From Chloroflexota bacterium (GTDB taxonomy: Bacteria > Chloroflexota > Dormibacteria > CF-121), in contig VBEW01000016.1 of NCBI GenBank assembly GCA_005889225.1, forward strand, positions 2,229 through 66,228: 64,000 nucleotides of DNA. The letters are read 5' to 3'. The translations under genes were made by a program, and so were the position numbers. Positions 46,501 to 55,176 of the stretch are shown here, piece by piece. The notes beneath the pieces were generated by a model. That model was not told where the DNA came from and ran no database searches. It was given only the letters and a program-made list of their open reading frames with translations. Positions within the stretch are counted from its first letter, which is position 1. Each line of letters starts with the position of its first letter.

Positions 46501-47979
46501 TCAGCGGGTCGTCAAGAATCGCGTAATTGCTTCCACCAGGGCATCCGGCCGGTCGAGGGGAAGGAAGTGCCCTCCGGGATCGATGATCTCGACCGTTGTG
46601 TCGCGGAGTTTGTTCTTGAGCGTTTCGGCCCACTGCGGCTCGAGGAATTTGTCATTCGCGCCCCAGATGATCAGCGTGGGCGTTTCGATCTCCTCAATGT
46701 GCTTCGAGCGGCTGATCAGGTCGCGGTTGTTCAGGGATCGCGCGGCGCGCAGGTAAGCGCGCCGCCCGCCCAGATCCTGGAACGGACGGGTCCATTCGTC
46801 GACCAGCTCATCCGTTACGCGGCCCTCGGTCACGATCCCCGCCTCCAGCCCTTTGCGTAAGCCCTTTCGAAGGTCGATGTTGACGATGATCTGATCCCAG
46901 GCCGGCTCCTTCAGCCGCGCGATATCGGGAATGGGCCAGTTGTTGTCGACCACGCTGTCGATCAGGATCAGGCGGGCCACCCGCTGCGGTTCATCCGCCG
47001 CCATCAGCTGGGCGATGCCGCCGCCAATATCGTGACCAACGACCGCCACCTGGTGCACGCCGAGCGATTCCATCAACGCCACCATGTAGCGGGCCTGTGC
47101 CGCGATCGACAGCTCGGCGTCAAGGCGCTTGTCGGAATCGCCATAGCCGAGCAGGTCCGGAGCAAGCACATCGAAGGTTGCGGACAGCGGATCGATCACG
47201 TCGCGCCAGAGATACGAGGAGCTGGGAATGCCGTGCAGCAGGAGCAGGGCTGGTCCCTGACCCTGTCGCAGGTACGCGACGTCACCGCCGAAGGTGCGAA
47301 TTCTCTGCTTGGTGCGAGCAAGTGGGGCAGCATTGATGAGCTCGGTGATCATCGGCGGCGACACCGTCGGTGTCGGCGTTCGTTCGAGCGGCGATGGCGG
47401 TGCGCTGAAGCGCGGGGCCGGCTCGGGTGCCGCCACGGGCGCGAAGGGAACGCCACTCGGGATGGGTGGCGTCACCGTGGGCGGCCCGGCCGCCGCGATG
47501 CTGGGTTGCGGTGCCGGCGGCTGGACCGATCGGCGCTGCAGGATGACGTTGGTGGAGCTGGCCCGCGCGATCAGTTGATTCTGCTGGTCGAGCACCTCCG
47601 CTTCGGCGACCGCGAGTTGCTGGCCGCGGTGCACCACTCGGCCGATCGATCGCAGCATGCCGGAATCGGCGCTCACCGGCTTGAGGAAATTCAGATGGAG
47701 TTCAGCCGTGGTGAAATTCTCGCCGGGCGCGAGCGTGCTGAAGACCGCAAATCCCATCGCGCTGTCTGCGAGGGAGGCGAGCGCGCCGCCGTGAACCACA
47801 TTGTTCGGGTTGTAGAGATCGACGCTCGCCGGCATTTCGAAGGTCGCGCTGCCGTCGGACACCGCGATGAAACGCATATTGAGGAGGCGGACGTAGGGCG
47901 GTGGTGGGGCGGCGCCACGCAGCGCGGCCTCGAGCAAGTCACGACCCGACATCTCCGCCGGTTCGGACATCGCCCGCAT
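46501..47979 (-). CDS. Fusion protein: PaaI/hotdog-fold thioesterase domain, Pro-rich linker, alpha/beta-hydrolase domain
   Basis: N-terminal hotdog block (VVHGGALASLADSAMGF), ~70-aa Pro/Ala linker, C-terminal LLLHGIPSSSYLWRD...VVGHDIGGG alpha/beta hydrolase. Confidence 0.75.
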   Translation of the reverse strand: MRAMSEPAEMSGRDLLEAALRGAAPPPPYVRLLNMRFIAVSDGSATFEMPASVDLYNPNNVVHGGALASLADSAMGFAVFSTLAPGENFTTAELHLNFLKPVSADSGMLRSIGRVVHRGQQLAVAEAEVLDQQNQLIARASSTNVILQRRSVQPPAPQPSIAAAGPPTVTPPIPSGVPFAPVAAPEPAPRFSAPPSPLERTPTPTVSPPMITELINAAPLARTKQRIRTFGGDVAYLRQGQGPALLLLHGIPSSSYLWRDVIDPLSATFDVLAPDLLGYGDSDKRLDAELSIAAQARYMVALMESLGVHQVAVVGHDIGGGIAQLMAADEPQRVARLILIDSVVDNNWPIPDIARLKEPAWDQIIVNIDLRKGLRKGLEAGIVTEGRVTDELVDEWTRPFQDLGGRRAYLRAARSLNNRDLISRSKHIEEIETPTLIIWGANDKFLEPQWAETLKNKLRDTTVEIIDPGGHFLPLDRPDALVEAITRFLTTR

Positions 47980-48131
47980 TCTAAAGCCTGCTGAGGTTGC
48001 TTACCCAGGGACGTCATTGCCGGGATTAGTCCCTGGGTGACCGGGCTTTTGGTTACGCACCGCGCGTAACGGCTGCGTGACGACCGTGTGATAGCTCGTC
48101 GCGCCGATGCAAGCCATCGTTATGACAGCAG

Positions 48132-49151
48132 TTGGTCCTGTGTAGGCCGCAACTCGCGTGGCCAGTAGGAGGGGAAAAGGGGGACGACCGGCTGAAGTAC
48201 GCTGCGCCACGTTTTGCGACTCACTCGGCCGCGCTGCTGATGGCCGTGGCGATGCCCTGGCTGGCTTTCCACGTACCGGTTGGTGCAGCGCCCGCCATGG
48301 CCGGCGCCTCGAGCCCCGGGACAGCGCTCGCGCAGGCGCCGTTCGGCCGCGCGGTGGATGGGATCGGTTGGTCCATGAGCGGGACGCTCGTGGTCCCGGC
48401 GCTGCCGGTGACGCCGCCGGGCGAGAAACATCGCGACATCGTCCATTACCACGCCCTCGACGGCGACACGCTCCGGGCGCTGGCCGCGAAGTTCGGGCTG
48501 TCGGTTAATACTCTGCTCTGGTCAAACCCCAAGCTCGTCGACCGGCTGACGGCAGGTCAGGAAGTCTTGATTCCGCCGGTCGACGGTGTGCTGGTGAAAG
48601 TGGGCGCCGCAGACACCGTGGCATCGCTGGCGCAGAAATACCGCGCGGAGTCGGACGCGATCATCGAGTTCAACCTCTTGCGCCATCCGGAAACGTTGCC
48701 GGTCGACGACTACCTGATGGTGCCGTACGGCGTTGGGCCGGAGCCACCGTCGGCGCCGCAGTCGAACGCGCACACGGTCACGGTCGGAAAACGCTCCTGG
48801 TACGTCACGCCCGTGTGGTCGTCGGGCGGAGGGGTTTATCCGTTCGGGCAGTGCACCTGGTACGTGAACACTCGCCGGCCGGCGCCGTGGGGTGGTAATG
48901 CGTGGCAGTGGTTCTCGCGCGCCCGGGCCTACGGTCGGCCCGAGGGAGCGACCCCGCGCGTGGGCGCCATCATGGTCACCTGGGAGTCACCGTACTGGGG
49001 CCACGTCGCCTACGTCGAGCAGGTGTACACGGATGGGAGCTGGCTCGTCTCGGAGATGAACTACTACGGTTCGCCCGGCGGCGGTTGGGGCCGCGTCAGC
49101 TATCGCCACGTCGTCCCCGGAACCATCCCGCTGATCGGCTTTATCTACTAG
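48132..49151 (+). CDS. Secreted cell-wall hydrolase: two LysM domains plus CHAP amidase/peptidase domain
   Basis: LysM blocks (HYHALDGDTLRALAAKFGL; VGAADTVASLAQKY), CHAP motifs GQCTWYV (Cys) and GHVAYVE (His); start codon uncertain. Confidence 0.7.
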   Translation: MVLCRPQLAWPVGGEKGDDRLKYAAPRFATHSAALLMAVAMPWLAFHVPVGAAPAMAGASSPGTALAQAPFGRAVDGIGWSMSGTLVVPALPVTPPGEKHRDIVHYHALDGDTLRALAAKFGLSVNTLLWSNPKLVDRLTAGQEVLIPPVDGVLVKVGAADTVASLAQKYRAESDAIIEFNLLRHPETLPVDDYLMVPYGVGPEPPSAPQSNAHTVTVGKRSWYVTPVWSSGGGVYPFGQCTWYVNTRRPAPWGGNAWQWFSRARAYGRPEGATPRVGAIMVTWESPYWGHVAYVEQVYTDGSWLVSEMNYYGSPGGGWGRVSYRHVVPGTIPLIGFIY

Positions 49152-50490
49152 CCAGCGCTTCGATCAGCCTTCCAACCGCCAGCACCCGCGCCTCGTCGTT
49201 CCAGCGGCCGACCAGCTGCACTCCCACCGGTAACCCGCTCACCTCGCCGTAGGGGATGGATAGCGCGGGCACCCCCGTCAGGTTGAAGGGCGCGGTTAGC
49301 CGAACGAGCGCGCCGTCAACCGGCTCCACGCCAGTCCGCCAGGGCACGGTGCGCTCGCCAACGACGGGAGCGGTGATCGGCGTGGTGGGGAGCAGCAGAA
49401 GATCGATCTCATCAAAGATGCGGCGCAGCGCATTTGTGATCCTTGCTCGCATGCGCTGGGCCAGCACGTAGTCAGCGCCGGCAACGAGCGCGCCGAGCTG
49501 GAGCCGGACGCGCACGTCCGGACCGTAGGCGCGCGGGCGGGCTCGGATCCACCTGGCATGGGCCGCGCTGGCTTCAGCTCGCAGGGTGACCAGTTGTGTC
49601 ACCACGGTCCACGCCATTTCGGGAAGGTGAACATCGCGGACCCGAAGACCGCTCCGCCCGAGTGCCGCGGCTGCCTCCTGCAGCTGCCTGGACACGCCCG
49701 GCTGGAGCGGCTGCAGGATCGAGTCATGAAGGATGCCGACCCGAAGTCCGTGGGTGGTCACCCGCCCCGCCTGCTTCCAGGCTCGTCCGCCTGACAGTGC
49801 ATCGAGGAGAAGGCCGGCATCCTCGATCGTCCGCGTCAGGGGTCCGGCGTGATCCAATGACCACCCCAGCGGGATGGCGCCGTCGAGCGGCAGGAGCCCA
49901 TAGGTCGGCTTCAGCCCGACGCAGCCGCAGAGCGAGGCTGGGATCCGGATCGATCCGCCGGTGTCCGACCCCAGCGCCGCGGCAGACAGGCCGGCCACCA
50001 CCGCGATGGCCGATCCACCACTCGAGCCGCCCGGACTGCGGCGCACATCGCGGGGATTGCGCGCCACCCCCCACCAGGGATTCGCGTTCGTCACCCCGTA
50101 GGCAAACTCGTGCAGGTTGGTCTTGCCAAAGATGACGGCGCCAGCGGTCCGTAGCCGCGTTACGACTGCGGCGTCCCTCGACGGCACCCAGTCCCGAAGG
50201 ATGCGCGAGCCCGCCGTGGTCCGCAGCCCGCGGGTCGCAAACAGGTCCTTGACGGCGATCGGCACCCCGAGAAGCGCGCCCGACTCGCCCCGGGCCAGTT
50301 GCTGCTGCGCTCGCTGGGCCGCCCGCCGAGCCCGCTCGCCGGGAGGCGTGATGAACGCGCGCAGGTCGGCCGACCGCTCGATTCGTTGCTGGTACGCGTC
50401 CAGCAGCTCCAGCGGGGATATGGTCCGGCGCCGTAACGCCGTCGCGAGCTGGGCCAGCGGCGCCGTCGCCAGGCTCGGGGGCAGTACCAT
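49141..50490 (-). CDS. Amidase signature (AS) family enzyme
   Basis: GGSSGGSAIAVVAGLSAAALGSDTGGSIRIPAS signature; ~449 aa. Confidence 0.8.
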   Translation of the reverse strand: MVLPPSLATAPLAQLATALRRRTISPLELLDAYQQRIERSADLRAFITPPGERARRAAQRAQQQLARGESGALLGVPIAVKDLFATRGLRTTAGSRILRDWVPSRDAAVVTRLRTAGAVIFGKTNLHEFAYGVTNANPWWGVARNPRDVRRSPGGSSGGSAIAVVAGLSAAALGSDTGGSIRIPASLCGCVGLKPTYGLLPLDGAIPLGWSLDHAGPLTRTIEDAGLLLDALSGGRAWKQAGRVTTHGLRVGILHDSILQPLQPGVSRQLQEAAAALGRSGLRVRDVHLPEMAWTVVTQLVTLRAEASAAHARWIRARPRAYGPDVRVRLQLGALVAGADYVLAQRMRARITNALRRIFDEIDLLLLPTTPITAPVVGERTVPWRTGVEPVDGALVRLTAPFNLTGVPALSIPYGEVSGLPVGVQLVGRWNDEARVLAVGRLIEALASR

Positions 50491-50645
50491 CAGTCGTTCG
50501 AAGGCTCAGGCGCCAGCGCCGATCTCAATTCTTCGACCAGCGCCTGGTACCGCTTCCATGCCGGACCCAGCGCCTCCAGGTCCGCTGCGGTCAGCCGGAG
50601 CCCTGCCGTCCGTGCGGCGGCGGCCAACCGGTCCCTCTCCGTCAT
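50490..50645 (-). CDS. GatC-like / AtzG-like small protein (51 aa) translationally coupled to amidase
   Basis: MTERDRLAAAARTAGLRLTAADLEALGPAWKRYQALVEELRSAL resembles GatC N-terminus; stop overlaps amidase ATG (TGATG); absent from ORF track (<60 aa). Confidence 0.5.
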   Translation of the reverse strand: MTERDRLAAAARTAGLRLTAADLEALGPAWKRYQALVEELRSALAPEPSND

Positions 50646-50745
50646 CGGCACAGTATGCAATCCGTGACCGGCAGGGGTTTTGTCGTCGCTTTATGGGGGC
50701 GGGTCGGGTGCGGGGTCCCATCACCACTTGCGAGTGCGAAAAAGT

Positions 50746-50775
50746 TTGACAAGACCGCTGAGTCCGCCCTAAGCT
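50746..50775 (+). promoter_or_regulatory. Candidate sigma-70-type promoter (TTGACA - 18 nt - TAAGCT) for the 50864 gene
   Basis: Consensus -35 hexamer and TAnnnT -10 in a 370-nt intergenic region. Confidence 0.35.
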
Positions 50776-50863
50776 GCCGTTGCCGCCACCGGCTCTTGGG
50801 GAGGCGCAGGCTGGCGGTGCCGCTGCCGTTTACCTAATTTTCGTTGCTGAGGAGCCCGAAACA

Positions 50864-52282
50864 ATGCTGCTTGTGGAAGTCCGCCGCCTGGATATCGCGC
50901 CGTCCGCCGATCAGTTCTGGACGATCGTCTCCCGCGTCAACGGCCCGGAGTTCATGGGCGTTCTATACCGAGCCCGCGAAGCCATTTTCGACAGTGCCGG
51001 AATCGCCTTCACCATCGACCTGCTGAACAAGTTCCTGCAGTTTGACGTGACAAAGAGTTGGTCCGCCGCCGATGAGGGGGAGCTGTTCATGGGGTCGGCG
51101 CCGGTGGTCGGCTGGTTGCGCGTCCGCCGTCCGGGCTCGGCCACCCTGCGTGAGCTCCGATCGGACGACATTCATTTCATGGAGCTCGAGCACGCTGCCA
51201 AGCCGGCGTTCGTGGAAGTCGGTGTCGCCTATCGCGCCGGCACCGAGAAAGTGCGAACGGACTTCCTCAAGCGCATTCGGACCGCCGCCCAGGAGGCGCT
51301 TGGCCAGGAAGTGGGGACGCCGTCGTCCTGGCCGGTGCTCGCCCCCGTGGGCAGCCATAACTTCGATGCCATCCGCAAGTCCCGCCAGGCATCCTACGAA
51401 GCCAGCGCCGAAGAAAACCAGGCGATGGCCGCGTTTACCACCCCGGAGATTCGGGCACTCATCCGCGACCTCGAGCGAGTTGGCTCGCTGACGGTTTCCG
51501 ACCTCCCCAAAGTCCTGGGCGAGGCGCAGGGGACGGCGGTCGCCGGCAGGCTCGGTGAGCTGCGCAACCTTGGCCTGATCCAGTCCGAGTATGTGATCGT
51601 GTGCTCGCGCACCGGAAATGCCGTGCTCCGCACTGACGATCCGAACAAGCTGCAGAAGATGGCACCCGATTGGATGAAGTGCGCCTGTGGCCGGCCGCTG
51701 AATGAAGAGCGGGTTGACCAGGTGATCGTGCCGACCGACCGCGCCACCGCGCTCAACGACAAGGGTCGCTGGATGACGACGCTGGCGACGGCGATCCTCC
51801 CCAAGCTCGGCATTAGCCGTGAGCAGGTCATCATCGACGCCAGTCCCCAGGGCACGGACATCGTGCTCGACCTCAGCGGTGACCTCGTGCTGGTGGTCCT
51901 GAAAGATCACGAGTTCAACCTGGCCGATGCCTACGCCTTCAACGCCAAGGTCTCACGCATCAAGGCCGCAGAAGGCGTGATCGTCAGCAATGAGGGGCTC
52001 TCCGGCGATGCCAAGAAGCTGGTCCAGGATGAGCTCGGTCCGCAACGCGCCCGGATCACGGATCCGTTCCGGATCACCTTCGTGGAGGGCGTCCAGGCGT
52101 TTGAGCACGACCTCGGCCGGGTCGTGGAACGGCGGCGCCGCCAGTATTTCCTGCGGGCGCTCGGCGACCTGGCGACCATTCAGGGCCTCAACATCGGTCA
52201 GCTCGCGCTGGCGAAGGTCGAAGCGGGCGGCCGCGTCGGCAAAGAAGTCGTGGCGCCGGAGGCCGTTCCCGCCGAGGCGTAG
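50864..52282 (+). CDS. Multi-domain protein: unknown N-domain, wHTH-like segment, Cys-cluster zinc ribbon, C-terminal Mrr-like PD-(D/E)xK nuclease domain
   Basis: C-terminal GTDIVLDLSGDLVLVVLKDHEFNLADAYAFNAKVSRIKAAEGVIVSNEGLSGDAKKL aligns with Mrr_cat restriction-endonuclease core; CSRTGNAV...KCACGRP; start at MLLVEV with GAGGAG SD. Confidence 0.65.
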   Translation: MLLVEVRRLDIAPSADQFWTIVSRVNGPEFMGVLYRAREAIFDSAGIAFTIDLLNKFLQFDVTKSWSAADEGELFMGSAPVVGWLRVRRPGSATLRELRSDDIHFMELEHAAKPAFVEVGVAYRAGTEKVRTDFLKRIRTAAQEALGQEVGTPSSWPVLAPVGSHNFDAIRKSRQASYEASAEENQAMAAFTTPEIRALIRDLERVGSLTVSDLPKVLGEAQGTAVAGRLGELRNLGLIQSEYVIVCSRTGNAVLRTDDPNKLQKMAPDWMKCACGRPLNEERVDQVIVPTDRATALNDKGRWMTTLATAILPKLGISREQVIIDASPQGTDIVLDLSGDLVLVVLKDHEFNLADAYAFNAKVSRIKAAEGVIVSNEGLSGDAKKLVQDELGPQRARITDPFRITFVEGVQAFEHDLGRVVERRRRQYFLRALGDLATIQGLNIGQLALAKVEAGGRVGKEVVAPEAVPAEA

Positions 52283-52306
52283 CACCGAACCGACACCATT
52301 CGATCC

Positions 52307-52350
52307 ATCTCCCTCCCCCGTCGGCGGGGGAGGGTCGGGGTGGGGGGTTC
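52307..52350 (+). repeat. G-rich palindromic repeat copy 3 (TCCCTCCCCCG-TCGG-CGGGGGAGGG + TCGGGGTGGGGGG)
   Basis: 25 nt after the stop of the 50864-52282 gene; same element as copies 1 and 2; G5-A-G3-TC-G4-T-G6 fits a G-quadruplex pattern. Confidence 0.65.
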
Positions 52351-52405
52351 GATCAACACTCGATCGGAGTGGATCTGCGGAAACCCGCTCGCGTAGTGTA
52401 GGGCG

Positions 52406-52597
52406 GTGCGAATCGGGAGTCTTGTCGCCGGGGTCATCGCCATCCTGGTGGGCGCGGTCTGGATCCTGCAGGGCTCGGGCGTGCTCCCCGGGAGCTTCAT
52501 GACCGGCCAGACCATGTGGCTGGTCATTGGCATCGTGGTCGCGGGCCTGGGCCTGGGTCTGGCATTCAACGGACTTCGCCGCCCGGCCAAGCCGTAG
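52406..52597 (+). CDS. Possible small two-TM membrane protein (63 aa)
   Basis: Hydrophobic ORF immediately upstream of the molybdoenzyme gene; weak SD; GTG start. Confidence 0.3.
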   Translation: MRIGSLVAGVIAILVGAVWILQGSGVLPGSFMTGQTMWLVIGIVVAGLGLGLAFNGLRRPAKP

Positions 52598-52601
52598 CCG
52601 A

Positions 52602-54029
52602 TTGAGCCGCCATCGCGCGCTGGTCACCGGGCTGAGCGCGGGCACGCTCGCGCTGGGCGTCGACTACCTGGCCCACGCCTTCGTCAACGTGCCGCTCGCC
52701 CCGGAGCAGGCCGGTTATCTCTTGCTCAAGGTGCTCCCGCTGTCCACGTTCGCGGACTTGCTCAAGACGCTCGGGACGCTGGCCAGGCCGCTCCTGCTCA
52801 TGGGCGCGACCGTCGTGATCATCGCGGCTTATGGCGCGGCCGCCGCGGTGCTTGGGCGTCTGTTGCCCCACTGGACCATCGCGGCGATGACCGGGCTGGT
52901 AGCGCTGGTCGCCGGGGTGGTTGCCCTCATCGCGTTTTCGCCCGGCGACTCCGTGCTAGGCATCGTCGTCGAGGTCGTGCTGTTGGCGGGCATGGTCCCG
53001 CTGGTGGCCGCCGTCCTCACGCAGCTCACCTTGCCGGTCGGCGCCAACGAAGATCGACGGGTTTTGCTCCGCAACCTCTTTTACGGGGCGGTGGGCATCG
53101 CCCTGGTCGGCGTCGGCTACGCCAATGTTCGTCGGTTTGTCACGGCGCTCGCCACCACGGAGGGGAACCGCGCGGATCGCGAGGTGACCAGTGTCAGCGA
53201 CTTCTACGTTGTCTCGAAAAATCTCGGCGGCGACCCGGTCGTCGACGCATCCACCTGGCGCTTGAACCTGCCAACCCGATCCCTGACCTACGACGAATTG
53301 CTGACGCTGCCATCGGATGAGCTGGAGCTAACCCTGGAATGCATCAGCAACGAGGTTGGCGGGACGTTGATCAGCAACGGGATCTGGAAGGGGCCGCGGG
53401 TCAGCGACCTCCTGGCGCTGACGACCGTGCCATCCGACGCGGTCTGGATGCTGATCGAGAGCGCCGACGGCTACACGGAAAGCTTTCCGCTGCGTGACCT
53501 GACGCCGGATCACCGGCTTGTCACGCACCTCAACGGCGCTCCACTGACCTCGCAGCACGGCTTCCCAGCGCGCTTCATCTTTCCCGGCCATTACGGAATG
53601 AAGCAACCGAAATGGGTCACGCGCATCCACTTCTCGGCGACCGACCAGCCCGGCTACTGGGAAAACAACGGCTGGGACGAACGGGCAATCGTCAAGACGA
53701 TGTCGCGCATCGATCGACCGTTCGACGGCGCCGCGCTGGCCGCCGGTGCGGTTCCCATGCGCGGCATTGCGTTCGCCGGCGCCCGCCGGATCAGCGGCGT
53801 CGATGTCAGTTGGGATGGGGGGCGCGCCTGGCATTCGGTCCAGCTGCAACCCGAGTTCTCCGCCTATGCCTGGCGATTCTGGGAGCTGACGCCGACCCTG
53901 CCGGCCGGCCAGTACCGGATCCGGGTCCGGGCCCGGGACGGCGAGGGAACCTTACAGCCCTCCAGATCAACGGCGACGCTGCCGAACGGCGCCGACGGCT
54001 ACCACACGATCACGATCACGGTCGCCTAG
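52602..54029 (+). CDS. Sulfite oxidase-family molybdopterin oxidoreductase (YedY/MsrP-like catalytic domain) with N-terminal 5-TM anchor
   Basis: NGAPLTSQHGFPARFIFPGHYGMKQPKWVTRIHF Oxidored_molyb block plus C-terminal Mo-co dimerisation-like domain; ~5 TM helices N-terminal; TTG start inferred. Confidence 0.7.
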   Translation: MSRHRALVTGLSAGTLALGVDYLAHAFVNVPLAPEQAGYLLLKVLPLSTFADLLKTLGTLARPLLLMGATVVIIAAYGAAAAVLGRLLPHWTIAAMTGLVALVAGVVALIAFSPGDSVLGIVVEVVLLAGMVPLVAAVLTQLTLPVGANEDRRVLLRNLFYGAVGIALVGVGYANVRRFVTALATTEGNRADREVTSVSDFYVVSKNLGGDPVVDASTWRLNLPTRSLTYDELLTLPSDELELTLECISNEVGGTLISNGIWKGPRVSDLLALTTVPSDAVWMLIESADGYTESFPLRDLTPDHRLVTHLNGAPLTSQHGFPARFIFPGHYGMKQPKWVTRIHFSATDQPGYWENNGWDERAIVKTMSRIDRPFDGAALAAGAVPMRGIAFAGARRISGVDVSWDGGRAWHSVQLQPEFSAYAWRFWELTPTLPAGQYRIRVRARDGEGTLQPSRSTATLPNGADGYHTITITVA

Positions 54030-54143
54030 CGCTCTCAGCCACTTCTCAGCGATACGCCGGACACCGTATAACAATCCGCCCCTACCGTAAGGTTGGAGCT
54101 CGCTGGAAACCATGAACGGTCGCGTTGTACGGTCAGGGAGAGG

Positions 54144-54320
54144 AATATGTCCTCGAACGCGACGCTGAGGTGGGCGTCGGTGCTGGGCACGCTGTTGCTG
54201 GCCCTGCTCTTTGGTGGCGTCGTCGCCACGTCGCCCAAGCCTGACCAGGCCCCGCTCCACCCGGCGGTCACGGTGTTGCCGAACGATTCCACGGTGCAGA
54301 GTGAGAGCCATGTCTCCTGA
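54144..54320 (+). CDS. Small secreted protein (58 aa, signal peptide)
   Basis: GGGAGAGGAAT SD before ATG; signal peptide WASVLGTLLLALLFGGVVATS; overlaps apbE start by 11 nt. Confidence 0.45.
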   Translation, partial: NMSSNATLRWASVLGTLLLALLFGGVVATSPKPDQAPLHPAVTVLPNDSTVQSESHVS

Positions 54321-55176
54321 GCTCCAGAGCCGTCACTTCGACGCGCTCGGCTCCACCTGCGAGCTGCTCAGCCTCGGCAGCGGGCAGGCGGCGCTCGAAC
54401 GCTGCGAGCGATGGGTGCGCGACGCCGAGGCGCGCTTCACGCGTTTCCTTCCCGACAGTGAACTCGCGGGGCTGAATGCCGGCGGCGGCCGATATGTTCC
54501 AGTGAGCCCGGAGCTGTTTGCGATGCTCGAAGCTGCGCTCTGGGCATTTGAAGAGAGCAGTGGCCTGGTGAATGCGGCGGTGCTGCCGGCGCTGGTCGCC
54601 GCCGGTTATGACCGGCCATTTCGGCTGGGTCTGGCGGAGCCGGCGCACCTCAACCCACTGCCCATCCCGAGGCTGCCGGACGTGCTGATCCTGGATCAGG
54701 CGACTCGTTCAGCGGCGCTGGCTCCGGCAGCGGCGCTCGACCTTGGCGGAATCGTCAAGGGGGCCCTGGCCGACATCCTTATTGATGAGCTCGGTGAGAA
54801 CGCCGTCTGCAACCTGGGCGGCGACCTCCGCGTCCGCGGCGCCGGTCCCGACGGCGATGGCTGGCACATCGGCCTGTGCGACCACTCAGCGGTTGCGCTC
54901 ACGGACGGAGCGGTCTGCACCAGCGGCGTGACCCGGCGGCGCTGGGGCCAGTCCATGCATCACCTCATCGATCCAGGGACAGGGATGCCGGCCAGGACCG
55001 ACCTCGCCGAGGTCTCGGTGGTGACCGACAGCGCCCTGCGTGGCGAGGTCTACGCCAAGAGCGCCATGCTCCTGGGCGCCGCCGCAGGGATCGCCTTCCT
55101 CGAAGCCCGGGGCGTGCACTACGCCCTGGTGCCCGCCGTCGGCGCCGGAGATGGCATCCTTCCCGCGGCAGCGTGA
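54310..55176 (+). CDS. apbE: FAD:protein FMN transferase (ApbE family)
   Basis: ApbE profile (FDALGSTCEL..., GGIVKGALAD, MHHLIDPGTG); start at MSPELQSRHFDALG. Confidence 0.8.
   Translation: MSPELQSRHFDALGSTCELLSLGSGQAALERCERWVRDAEARFTRFLPDSELAGLNAGGGRYVPVSPELFAMLEAALWAFEESSGLVNAAVLPALVAAGYDRPFRLGLAEPAHLNPLPIPRLPDVLILDQATRSAALAPAAALDLGGIVKGALADILIDELGENAVCNLGGDLRVRGAGPDGDGWHIGLCDHSAVALTDGAVCTSGVTRRRWGQSMHHLIDPGTGMPARTDLAEVSVVTDSALRGEVYAKSAMLLGAAAGIAFLEARGVHYALVPAVGAGDGILPAAA

Noticed and set aside
52330-52370. tRNA-like T-loop sequence GGTTCGATC
   Set aside because: No acceptor stem or anticodon arm could be built. It is part of the G-rich palindromic repeat 3' flank.
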